In this document: piece by piece, positions 1-13,039 of the stretch
How positions within the stretch are numbered: position 1 is the first letter of the stretch
How the letters are laid out: each line of letters starts with the position of its first letter
Origin: Gonapodya sp. JEL0774
Lineage: Eukaryota
DNA length: 57,510 nucleotides
Assembly: GCA_027604505.1 (NCBI GenBank)
Contig: JADIIX010000141.1
Span: 1 to 57,510, forward strand
Direction of reading: 5' to 3'
Notes under the pieces: generated by a model
Seen by the model: only the letters and a program-made list of their open reading frames with translations
What the model was told of the DNA's origin: nothing
The model's database searches: none
Translations under genes and position numbers: made by a program

Positions 1-1727
1 GCTCAAACTCACTGGGAACACCAAGGAAATTTCCTCCGTTGCTCGCCGCATCGTTCGCGCTCAGCACAGTTCCCACCACACTGTCCACGTCGCACACACT
101 CCTCACGTTGTTCAGTGACGCGGCACACCTTGCCTGATACGCTGCGTTCTTGGTCCGATCCGATGAGTTGAAGAACGCGCGGACATTGAGGACGTACATG
201 GTCGCATCCACCGTCGGCGGGGTACCGAGGAGGGCGGACCCCGAGGCGTAGTGGGAGAGCACGAGAGAGCCGCCAGTGGCGTTGAACGTGGTCGGAGGCA
301 AGAGGCTGGTGAGGAAGTTGCCATCGACGAGGTAGTCGGTGCGACCAGGGAACCTAACCGGTGGTGTATCGAAATGGGACGTTAAGGGACTTCAAGGATA
401 GTTTGGGACCAACGCGTGGCTTCCTCTCCACTTCGTCCTGCCAATGCAACCTTCACCATAGACCCCACTCTCATATCCAACCTGCACACATCACCAACTC
501 GATATTCGAAGTGAACCTTTCAACCCACCAATCAATTCTGTACTCGTGCCATCCTCCACTGGGGTCACTGCCCACATCCACCTGCTGCTGGGACTTGGTA
601 CTAGGGTTGCCCATCACATCAGTTTGTATTGGGCGAATGTCGAGGATAGCTTGAGATTGAGGGCCGATGCGGCTGGGGAGGAGGATGTCCACGGACGAGC
701 CGGAGACGGTGTCGGTACTATGAGGATGGTCGAGAGTGAGGGAGGGTTCAACGGGCGCACGCTTCGGGAGAATAGCAGAAGAAGATCGTGGCGGTCTTCT
801 TGCCCAAGGCCTCCCCATCAAACTTACAGAAGTGATATCGATCCCATAGTACCAGGGACTGGAGTGGACTGCATGATGACCCGGAAGGTCCCGTAAAGAA
901 TGTCCTGAAGGGAGGTGCAAAAAAAAGTAAGATTTACAACGTTCAATTCGGTAACAATGATCGCTGTGCATTCTACAGTCTCATGGCACAGGGCATCAAT
1001 GAACGTTCACAACGAAGTGGACCCAACCGGCCTCAATGCTTCGCCACATTCAGAAGGAGCACTCTGCAATGACTTGTTAAATACAGAGGCACAATACTGA
1101 AGTGGGGACGTCCGCATTCCTCTGGTAGCGATGATAGAACCTTGTCTCCCGTTCGCGACGACATTCCCGTTTTATATGTGCCACCAGTTCCCGAGTTCGA
1201 GGATACACCGGCAGTTCTGAGACCCAAGACACGTGTAACCGGTCATGCACGGATAAGAATCTTCTCCGGTCCTGTTCGGGGTGATACACCCCACCTACTC
1301 TCCATGTTTCGGATTTTGGAGGAACACCTTGTCTGTTCACTCGAACCAGCAGATGCCTTCACCTTTGAACTTGGGTGACACAAACCTTTCGTGTAGTCAC
1401 AACCTCTGCCGAGGAGACTTTGCCATCTTTCCGATAATTCCTGACTGTAAGTCGGAGTGCCCCACCGCCATCTACGTCAACGTTGCCAGAGTCCATAGCA
1501 ACGCCAGCCGTCTCTCCAGGATTCGGGTCTCGTGAATAAGTGGACTTGAAGAAATCCGGTGCGGTGTTCACGTCCACATTTGACCAATCTGGGAACACAA
1601 GGGCGTCGGTCCAGAGCTCGGACGAGGCCGTCCGATACCCGCACTCGCACATCGCCTGCACAAGGCCTGGCAGCGGTAATGACAGGAGGGCGAAAGAAAC
1701 TGCCCGAGAAGAGGAGAATAAGCGCAT
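1..1727 (-). CDS. Secreted GH16-fold protein, catalytic glutamates apparently lost; 3' end runs off the window
   Basis: Signal peptide + CECGY. Exons 1727-1386, 904-828, 717-529, 353-<1 with GT-AG joins give SSAEVVTTRK|DILYGTFRV...HEYRIDW|FPGRTDYLVDG, typical fungal GH16 motifs. Confidence 0.8.
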
Positions 1728-2283
1728 GGCTGTGTAACGATCGAGCGTGATCCCAGCGGTCCAAGAAGCAGGGACAAAAGGGTCAAAACAGTTGGAGTGA
1801 AGACGAGATTGGAATCTGGAGGAGACGTCGAAAATCTTGCGGAGGAAAGCAGTCGATGTGCGCTACTCAAGGGGAAGCTCGAGGTGGGCGGGAAGTCCTC
1901 ACACAGGCCCTATCATGTGCATTTTAGGAATGACAAAGTGAATTTGCTAACCCACATGAAATACACGATTAGATTACCGGAGAAAATAGAATAGGTTTGG
2001 ATCTACTCAGGAAACCCCACTTCCGCACGTGGAAGAAATCACATAACGCTGGGGTTTTCTCAATCCAAGCTGCAATTTGGAACAATGAGAGACCGCAAAA
2101 ATATCGATGTTAATATTAATAAAATATATTGGATGTGACGCTGGGCCACTCGGCAGCTGGGCCGTTAACTTGTTTTATGAGGGACAGTGCGAAGTGCAGT
2201 AGAAGCCTGATCGAATTGCCGGGGGGACTTGGATCAAACAGCCATACATTCCCCCATCAAAGCCTTCAGAAGAACCGGTAACA

Positions 2284-3486
2284 ATGCTGTATCAACACCA
2301 TCCGAGTACGAGTGTTCTTTGCTCGCCACCACAAGAACCCGCAGAACCTGCAGCCATCGGCAAATACACTGGGTTCGACTCGTTTCCCACACCCACACGC
2401 ACCCCGACTTTGACACTAAGCGAGCTGTTGGACAGAAATCGACAACTTTCAGATAAGCTTGAGGAGAGAACGAGACAGCTACTAGAGTTTGAGGAGAGAT
2501 GCCGGAACGCTGAGGAACGCTTCGCAGCATTGGAGGAAATCTTGGTAGAATCGCAGGACAGACAAGTTACCAGGATGTACGCTCTGCTGGCCAGCAGTGA
2601 ATTGGAGAAGCGGGATTTACGGTTCCGGTTGGAATCTCTGACGGTCGCACTGCAGTTGTGCCGCTGCCGTAACATTGAGACAGAATCCCGAAAGGTAGAG
2701 CAGGACAGTACACAAGGTGAGACCTATGCAGACGCAAGTAAACTTGTGACAGTTGCTTGATCTTGTTTGCTTGATCAATTGCACCTGCCCGGCCCCTCAT
2801 TCGAAGTTACCCCACCAACCGAGTTCCGCCCAACGCCACCACCCACCCCCCTTTCCGAGTCAACTTTTTCCGACGAGACCCTAGCAACAAACAATTCGAT
2901 GACAATATCTCCTACTACCCCACCAAATGAACCTCGCTCTACTCTCAAACTTGACAGTCCGGCCGCCGCCCAAACCTCCTCTGACAAATCCTACACTGTC
3001 TTGCAACCAATCTCCCCGATCACCCACCACTCTACCCACGGCCCGAAAGGCTGGAATGATCCGGAAATCTGTCCCGTCTCTGCAGGCGTGAACCGCAGTG
3101 TGCGTCGCCGCTACCAACCTCGTCGCCTTCACGACCCAACAGCACTCGTCTCCACGGAGACACCCGTTCTGTTCTCTCCCATACCGCAACCAGTACCACA
3201 ATACAGTAGCTGGTCGGAACCACTTAGTAACGACCAACCTTTGCCTACAGAGGCGCACACACCATTCTTTGGCAGCCGGTTCGGATTCCTCACCACCCCC
3301 GCAGAGCTCCCTACGCACACACACACCGAAACCTCCACCGAATCACAAGCCTTACCGAAGAAGCTCGTCGCTGCGATCGGTGACTCCTTATCCAGATCAT
3401 CACTGTTCAAGGGCGTCGTCCGGAGTGTGGGAGCAGCAGCAGGGATGCTCAGTTGGGATGGGAGGCGAAACTTGCTGCCAAAGTGA
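2284..3486 (+). CDS. Hypothetical protein: N-terminal coiled coil, Pro/Ser/Thr-rich C-terminal part
   Basis: ORFs 2284-2760 and 2767-3486 join in frame through a GT-AG intron at 2717-2806 (STQ|VTPPT). Confidence 0.6.
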
Positions 3487-3782
3487 GCGAGTTAAGATAA
3501 CAGAAACTGTGGAAGTTGTGCCCGCGAGGGACTGGAGGAAGACACCGCATTTTACAGAATTTACCCGTACATACCTCATAGTAATAAAGTAAACAAAGTA
3601 AAGCACGCACTACATAAGAAATAAACATACACATCAACTGTAACATGTCACGGAGAGCTTACTGGGTTTGGGCAGACTTTCGTGTTTGGAAGGTGGAGCG
3701 GAAATGGGGGGGTTCCGAAAACGGCCTGGCAGTTCGCTTCCCCCAAACCCACCACAGCGCTATCTTTTCTAATCTGCGACAA

Positions 3783-4898
<1,116 letters not shown>

Positions 4899-4975
4899 GG
4901 TCCTTCTTGCATGTACTACATTAAATTGTCATGTTCCTACGTCTTGTCCGAGTGATTCTACATACACGATGAATT

Positions 4976-6919
4976 CTACGATATTTGCGCACCTTTCAAA
5001 GTCTTGGCCGTCACCTCGCCAAACTTCGTCTTGAGCGCGGCCCCCTTGTACCCCGCCACACCGCTCGTCGCGTCCGTCTTGAGATGCACCGCAGCCTTTT
5101 CCCAAACCTTGTGCTTGGGATTGAGTTGCGCGTCCGGTGTACGTTCGTAGCCCTCGCAGAAAACCTCGTCGCCGGGTTCGGAGGATTCGGGGGGTTCGAG
5201 GAGTTCCACTTGGGATTTGTCAGGCGTGGAGGAGGCGAGAAGCATAGCTTGAGATTCAACACCCTTGAACCTTGCAGGTTTCTGTGGCGATGCGTGAACA
5301 TCCCGTCAGTCACTCATTCCTCTCCGAGTTCTCAACATGAAGCACCGCTCACCAAGTTCATGACTCCCACGACAAGTCTTCCTGTCAGCTCCTCAAGTGT
5401 GTAGTACTTGGAGATGCCCGAAACCACCGTCCGCGGACCGCTCTCCTCAGAAAAGTCGATCGTCTCCACGTAAAGATTTGTTGCTTCCGGATCTGGGTGC
5501 GCCTTCGCAGAGACGATGCGACCGACACGGAAATCTTGTGTGCAAAAGAAAATGAGCAGTAAAGATTGCCTTGAGGGTCTGGTGAGGTGACGGAGCTCGA
5601 ACTTCTCTCTCACTTACCAATTCGGGAAATCTCCTCAGTCAGCTTGGGTTTTACAGGCGGGTAAGCCAGCGCGATAAGCTCTTGCAGCTCCGGTGAAGCG
5701 AACTTCTGCCTAATAGGTTCGATGAGCGCATTCAGCGCATCGCTGACGCCTTGCTTCAAGTCGAGGGGGTGGAGTTTCTTCTCCGCAAACGTCCGCTCCA
5801 AGTCAGCGACGGTCGTGAAGGTCAAATCCCCACCAAACTTCTCCGGTCGTCGAACGACAAAAAGACCCTCTCCTCCATGTTTGAGCGAGCTGAGGGGCAG
5901 CAGAACGTTTTTGACGAAACCGAGGACGGGGTTGTCGACAATGTTACCCTCCTCGCAAAAGGACTTTTTGACCTTGCGTTCGATGGCTTCCTTATCGTCC
6001 AGGAGATCGATTTTGGAATCCGGTTCGGAGGAAGACATTTTGGTACCGGTGAGACCGGGCAACATTGGGTTCATGAGGTGTGCACGCTTCTTGTAGCCCA
6101 ACACGGGGAGGTACTTTTCGGCAAAGACAAAGATCTTGCGCTGGTCCACACCACCGAATTGTATGTCCACATCTAGGTACTCTTCGTCCAAAGCCTGGAG
6201 TCCGGGGTAGAGAAGGCCAGAGAGCAAGGCCGAGGAGACTTGCTTAACGACTTCAGCGCCGGCCTTTTTGGCATCGTGTTCCGTGACGATGGAGGTCAGG
6301 CGGTAGACGTCGAGAGTGTATTTTTCAGACAGCTGGTAAGAGGTGCCGACGACGAACTTGAGCTTGGTGATGGGGACTCCGATCGAGGTGAGTGTGGCCT
6401 TGATGACCTCTTCGTAGTAGCGAGTGCGTTGTCGAAGGAGATCCCAAGGCGCTTTTTGATTGTCGAGAAAGCCATGAAGGTCAGCGAGGAGGACGGTGAC
6501 CTGGGTCGGGCAAAGTGAACAGTCGCGCGATTGATTTTTGGTGGTTGGTTGGGACGACCCCGTTATATCATTGTATCACGAGACAACCATTCAGTCACAG
6601 TTGAGACCAAAATCATTTAGATAACAAGAGATTCAAGAGGAAATAAGCAGTTCGAGCGACAAACCTCGACTCCGGCCTTCAAAAAGTCAGCGATCTTCGA
6701 AAGTGGTATCAGGTACCCAACGTGCGGTCTCCCGGTGGTCGCTGTTCCCCAGTAAAGCTTGGGGGCCCTCTCCGGAAGAATTTTTTTAATGATGTCCCCG
6801 CCAAGGGTCTCCTGAAGGTTCCTGGTGATGAGGGTGTATTTTTCCTCCACGGAGAGAGTGGTGTCAACGTCAATTCCATTCGAATGGCTAGTGCCGTCAG
6901 TTCGAGATTCAGATGCCAT
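4976..6919 (-). CDS. TYS1: Cytosolic tyrosyl-tRNA synthetase with C-terminal EMAP-II-like tRNA-binding domain
   Basis: [44 protein letters not shown]-terminal exons give [15 protein letters not shown]...RTVVSG...LNPKHKVWE. Confidence 0.96.
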
Positions 6920-7712
6920 CGTTCAAAGATGGTAGAATCGCGGTGGAGGCGGTTTCTGTGGCGGACTTGGAAACTTGGAATGGGTTTGTGTTTTGCAAGG
7001 TCGGCTAGATGCGTCGGAACACCCGTGCCTCTGGCTGTCCAACAGACAACAGCAAGCTGGTGGCAACAACGAAAGGTGTTGGGTCGCCCGCTAGTTGCAG
7101 TAACACAGTCTCTGAGATTCAACAGTTCTCTTCGAACATCACATTGTCGGCAGCAGAAGGTAAAGAATTGATGATACTAAGCATTCACATGCGCACTTTT
7201 GTGACAATACTGTACAGTCTGCAGAGTTTGTAATACTCGTTTATTTTAGTATTGTATCAGTGCCCGCCCGCCTCCACTCATCACTCCTCGCCCAACGATG
7301 CAATTGGCACCATGAATATCCAGTGTCGTCAGTACGCTGCGGTGTTCTTCCAGGAGCTGAGAGCAAGGTGAACTGCCCGAAACACCCTCTATTATTATGC
7401 ATTCTGACGTTCATTGACCCAGCAAGAAGTGGCCCATGTTCACTTCCAAACTGAGGCGGGTACTGTAGAACTTTCACCAAAAATTTGAGGAGAAATGGGG
7501 AGCAAAGAACAGCAACTGCAACGAAAGAAAACCTCGTTTGGCTGAGAAGTTTTGTATATGTTGGACAATTGCAACTGCAGCCAAGCACACACTGATGCCT
7601 GAGAGTGCAATGGTTGTTGGATCGTGGCCACCCTGGACGACTGGAATTCCCACAACTTGACCACTTTTCTTTCCCCTTTGTCGCCTCCATTGAATCAAAC
7701 AATTGCGGCAAA

Positions 7713-10068
7713 ATGCTTTCTCGCTCTGTGGCCCCGCGCGCGAACCCGCATTCCATTCTGGCGGCCGCGTCTCTGCAGTTGGCGTCAACCGCATGTCCGC
7801 ATCCGCGAGGAGCTCCCATTCGATCAATCACGAGGTCCAATTCAAGCGCCAATTCTATCAATAATCGGGCGGTGCGTTGACTGAGGCTCCAATGGGGCAG
7901 CGTGAACTGCTTTTGGAGTCGGTGGGCTCCGCTGCCTTCGGGTGCTCTCGTCGCCGACCCGACCTGTTCCATTCATGAGACCCCGCTCTCACGCGATTTT
8001 TTTTAAATCATTCACTTTTCTTAGACTCGTGCAATTGAATCACCTCGAAATCTGTTGCCTTTTTGGGGAGACAAGGTGATGTACCGTGACTCATCCCTTG
8101 TTCCTTCCCCTTGTGCCAGTCGTGTTCACTTTCGATTCTCGTGTAATCTGACTAATCCTTAGGTACACTTTCGAGCAGCAGCTCGAGGATTTCACGTAAC
8201 AGTCCCGGCACATGACACGATTCCGTTCTTACTCGCCGACATTGGGGAGGGGATCCAAGGTGCAGCGAATCTCACTGCCGCCCAAAGTTTTTCTGCGCGT
8301 ACTGACCTTTACCATCATTGACCCGCAACAGAATGTGAAATCGTTCAGTGGTATGTCCAGGAAGGTGAAAAAGTTCGAATGTTCGACAAGCTGTGTGAAG
8401 TCCAGTCAGACAAAGCCACCGTGGAGATCACGTCTCGATACGATGGAGTCGTGAAGAAGCTGTACCATAAGGTGAGTTTGCTGGAGGAGGAGTGATCGGG
8501 AATGAGATGTGTTGATGGGACGACCAAGACATTGTCCGACGTGGAGAGAACATTTGTCGACACTTGACCGTGCAGATTTGATCGCAACCAGATGGGACGG
8601 TTTGGTTTATGGAGAGACTTCTCAGTAAAATTTGCGTCAATATTTGGGACTTCAACTGCGCCTAACCGTCTTTCCCACTCTTCTCACAATCCTCGAACTC
8701 GCTCCCCGAAGGTCGGAGAGATGGCAAAAGTTGGCCAGCCCCTCTGCGACATTGAAACCACCGCAACAGCAACTTCATCCCCCGCACCTGCACCTTCGAC
8801 ACCTTCGCCATCACCCGCACCTTCCACCCCTCCAACTTCTGCCGCCAAACCTTCTCCCACAACTCCCCCACCTCCCCTATCGGGACCAGTCCCCGCCGCA
8901 CCCCCCGCACCATCCCTCGTTCAAGCCACCAGTGGTGATATCAACGAAATCACGTTCGCGACACCGGCGGTGCGGCGGATCGCCAAGGAGAGCGGTGTAG
9001 ACTTGAAGAAGGTAACGCCCACAGGGAAGGATGGGGTGAGTTACGATCAGATTTGGTGCCCATGTGCGGCATTTAGAAATCGAGTGAGCTCATATCTATC
9101 ATGTGGGACGATGCGGGTGTCTCCATTTATGTGCAGAGAATCCTCAAGGAAGATGTGATGACTTACATCGAAAGCCTCAAGGCGTCTCCACAAGGTAGTG
9201 AGCACTTTCGTCTACACCCCACCACACCAAGGGTGCGCTGTCTCACATTGACGTTACCCCTCGCGCCACCACAGCTGCACCCAGCTCCTCGCCGTCATCC
9301 CGCGCACCGACACCGGTCCCAAGCACCACTGTCCCACTCACGCCACTCCAGAAATCCATGTTCAAAAACATGACACGAGCACTTCAAATTCCGCACTTCC
9401 TATACACCGACCAGATCCTCACAGACTCGATCTCCGCTCTTCGTGCATCAATAAATGCACATATCACAGCGAACCCGGCCGTGCATCCCATGTCCAAGAT
9501 TTCCTACATGCCGATTCTTGTCAAGGCATTATCGTGTGCCTTATTAGAGTTCCCTCTACTGAATGCGCAGCTTGTAACTTCTCCCGACGATCCCACAGAC
9601 GTTACTAAGGCCCGACTTGTTCACCGGGCGAGCCACAACGTAGGGTTCGCGATGGACTCACCTATCGGACTGGTGGTGCCCGTCCTGAAGGATGTGCAGA
9701 GCAAGACGGTGCTTGACATTGCTGCGGACATGCATAGGTTGACTCAATTGGGGAAAACGGGACAGATTCCTCCGGGTGACTTTGCAGGTGCGACAACAAC
9801 TCTATCAAACATCGGAAACGTGGGCGGTGGAGTGGTTGGGCCTGTCGTTCCACCCGATACGCTTGCCATTGTAGGCGTTGGAGCCATCCGAAGGGTCCCT
9901 GTCGTCGAGGGCACCGGCGCCGAGGAGCGGGTGGTGATCCGGGGGGCAATGACCGTGAGCGTTTCGGCAGATCACAGGGTGGTGGACGGTGCAACGGTCG
10001 CGAGATTCGTGGCGAGGTGGAAGGAGATGGTGGAAGATGTGGGGGTGTTGGTCGCAGGGTTGAGGTGA
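7713..10068 (+). CDS. DBT: Branched-chain alpha-ketoacid dehydrogenase E2 (dihydrolipoyl transacylase), mitochondrial; start approximate
   Basis: Lipoyl domain [10 protein letters not shown]...[19 protein letters not shown]3-binding [11 protein letters not shown], catalytic SADHRVVDG. Presequence-like MLSRSVAPR at 7713. Confidence 0.92.
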
Positions 10069-10242
10069 ATGACCGGGAAAAACACGACAACAAAAAGGCA
10101 GGATAATAAATTACTACTAAGCTCTGTTTGTGGTATGTTGAATTCAAGCAATGTGTTGTGGAGAAACCAAACCAATCGTCGAAAATGCCGCAGAAATATA
10201 CGAGTCGAAACCAAACCATTCTTCACACATTTCAATTCCACA

Positions 10243-12424
10243 ATGTCTATCACCGTCTCTTTCTCCGGTGGGCATCTCCCTAGCAGTCTCTAAGAATTCT
10301 CCCTTCTGCTGAGACGGGATTCGCGTCTGATTGCTACCCTCTCTCCCACACCCACACCGAACGTGTTCTTGACGGTCAACTGCATCTTGGAATCCATTCC
10401 CGCGATCCGCAGACGAGAACGCACTTAAAACAGCATTGGACGCGATTAGGAGGGTGCGTGGGGGCTCTTGTGCGTCGGATTCAGAGAGATTCCTTTTGCT
10501 GATTCAGCAGCTCTGTTGCGTCTTCCTTTGGATAAATTCACTCGAAACCGCACAAACTGCACGTGCTAACCTTCATCGAAATCGATTAGCCTGAAGACCC
10601 GACAAACTGGGTGCTCATTGGTCACGAGGGAGACAGTGCCAACGTCGTGTCTGTTCAGGGCACCGGATCTGGCGGATTTACAGAGCTCAAGTCACATCTC
10701 CAGAACGACCAAGGTGAGAATATTACTTGCAGAAGCAGGATGCCTCGAAGATTTTGGTTGAATGCGGGGTACTGCTTGTATGCCGTCGTTCTTAGCCATA
10801 TTTCACAACTGTTGGGCGTTGAACCCAACTAACCGTGTTGGATCTTACTGTTTTGCTGTTTTCCTCACGAATGTTCCCCAAAATCCTACTGCCAGTACAA
10901 TATGCCCTTCTCCGCATCTTCATTAAGGTCGACCTCTCAACAACAACCAAGTTCGTCTACGTCTACAATCTCGGAGAAAAGGTTCCCTTGATGAAGAAGG
11001 GACGCTTCGGTGTCGTCAAAGGAGACGTGCAGAGGAGATTTCAGCCGTACCATGCTGATATAGAGATTGAAACCCCCGAAAGTTGGGAGGAGGAGGAAGG
11101 TGAGTTGAGGATACGCAGAAAAGCACCATGGGGGCAGAGCGGTTCTTTCACGGATAAGCAGGATACCGATAGTCCATAACGCCTCCATTCGAGCTAGAGA
11201 GAGGACGGTTTGACCCAAAGTCGTTGTTGTGGTACCTCAGACACTAGCACCGTGGGGCAGTGAATCACATGTCGAGAGCGAGCTCGAGAACGATACGACC
11301 AAGGCAAACCGCTCTGCGGGGAGCGAACGTAGCCCGTCACTTCCCGCCGATCTTCCGGTTTTTGCGTACAACTGGTCTCACTCCATTTCGACCTTACTAA
11401 CAACACCTCCAGTCATGAAGAAAGTGTCCGAAGGCAACACTATGTCTGATTTGTCTTCTTCGAGCTCTGGAAGCCACTTCCCAGGGAAACTTCCGAAGTT
11501 CGGCCAAGACAAGCCGGCGTCCTCATCGGATATCGCATCTTCAGGTTCCCAAACCCACTTGCCAGGCAAATTGCCCAAATTTGGATTTGATAATTCTGTC
11601 ACGCCGTCGGACGCCCCTTCTTCGGGGTCGCAGAACCCGCTTCCGGGCAAACTGCCAAAGTTTGGCCAGGACAAGGTAGCACCACCGCCGGGCCAACCCT
11701 TGCCTTCTCTGCCAGCAAAGAAAGCGCTTGGAAGTGGTGTTGTGGGTGGCGGTTCCAAGGGACCAACATTTACTCCCGAACTGATAGAGGTGGGCCTCGA
11801 TTGTTTGGAAAGGCGTCACAGGTTCCAAGAACCCCGAACTAACTCATTCCCAAAGGCTATTAAAGCAGTCCACAGTGACAAGAGTCCTGCCGACTGGGTT
11901 CTCGCCACGTACGAGGATAATTCCATGTCTCGCCCGATTACTCTTCTGGGGACCGGAGAAGGAGGTGCCGATGAGCTAAAGAAGCAACTCTCGACTGATA
12001 AGATTTTCTATGGGCTCGTCAGAGTGATCGACATGTGCGTTTTGGGGGTTCACATTGCGGTTGCATTGTGTATTCGATGTTCAAAGAGTCGTCGGTTGCC
12101 AATTACGTTGTTTTATTTTCGAATGTTTAGGATCGATGCCCACCCCACGGTGAAATTTGCGCTCCTCGTGTTTGTTGGAAACGATGTATCTATCATGAAG
12201 AAGGCTCAGGTGCGTTTCATAAGTCTCTGTTTGCACACGTTCACCATCCGTTGACCTGAAGGTATCACGTACCATGATAGACTACTACGCACAAGGGTGC
12301 TGTTGAGACACAGTTCCAACCCTTCCACCTGTCCATGAACGTTTCCGAGTTGTCGGAGATCTCCTCAGACTTGGTTTTGTCCTCCGTGCAGTCGGCCAGT
12401 GGGAGCAAGAGCCACGTAAAATAA
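10243..12424 (+). CDS. Actin-binding protein with two ADF-H (coactosin/drebrin-like) domains and a repeat linker
   Basis: Domain 1: TNWVLIGHEG...GTGSGGFTELK...QYALLRI...TKFVYV. Domain 2: DWVLATYED...GTGEGGADELK...FYGLVRV...VKFALLVFVG. Confidence 0.85.
11475..11672 (+). repeat. Three 81-nt (27-aa) coding repeats with core PGKLPKFG
   Basis: HFPGKLPKFGQD, HLPGKLPKFGFD and PLPGKLPKFGQD start at 11475, 11556 and 11637. Confidence 0.9.
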
Positions 12425-13039
12425 TCCTTATGATGATTAGGATGTGGTGTCGGGTAGTCTGGAGAGGTGGGAAGGTCGGAAGGGGCGGGGTGATTACAGT
12501 AATGCAAACTTCTTCTTAGATGGGTTTCTACATCATATACCCGGTTGCGATTTATGCTCGGCACCAATACACTTTCTTTTTTGTGTCACGCTGGGGCGTA
12601 GGGGTGTGCTTGCGGCCGGGGGTTAAGGGTTGGGTGGTGGATCATGTTTCGTCAACAGTCATCAGGATTCATTAGGTTAACCCACTCGGAATAAAATCTA
12701 ATCTAATCCTTGATAGTAATGAGCTTCATATTGGTGACATGGACGAATCCCCAGATCGGGCAAATAAAATTGCTTCGCGGCCCATCATTACACCGCAGTC
12801 CACGATCATCAAACCGAACTGATAGGATTGTTCGAAATCACCAACAAGATACGAGCGCTACTTAAGAGCCCGTGGAATCAGTTTGGTCTGATCGCGGTAC
12901 TCAAGGAAGAGGAAGGAGAGTGAATCTTTTTCATACGCAATGTCCACTCCTGCTCCATCTCTCAGGCACATCATCCGTCCTTCCAGGCCACCATGTCACT
13001 CCTCCTTCAACCGGGTGACTATGTTTGGCAGTTCCGTCC

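Noticed and set aside
2371..2381. GGGTTCGACTC, resembling a tRNA T-loop/B-box
   Set aside because: No T-stem pairing or cloverleaf; it lies inside a coding exon.
7241..7972. 243-aa minus-strand ORF
   Set aside because: Overlaps the DBT 5' exons and promoter in antisense; no recognisable motif or splice support.
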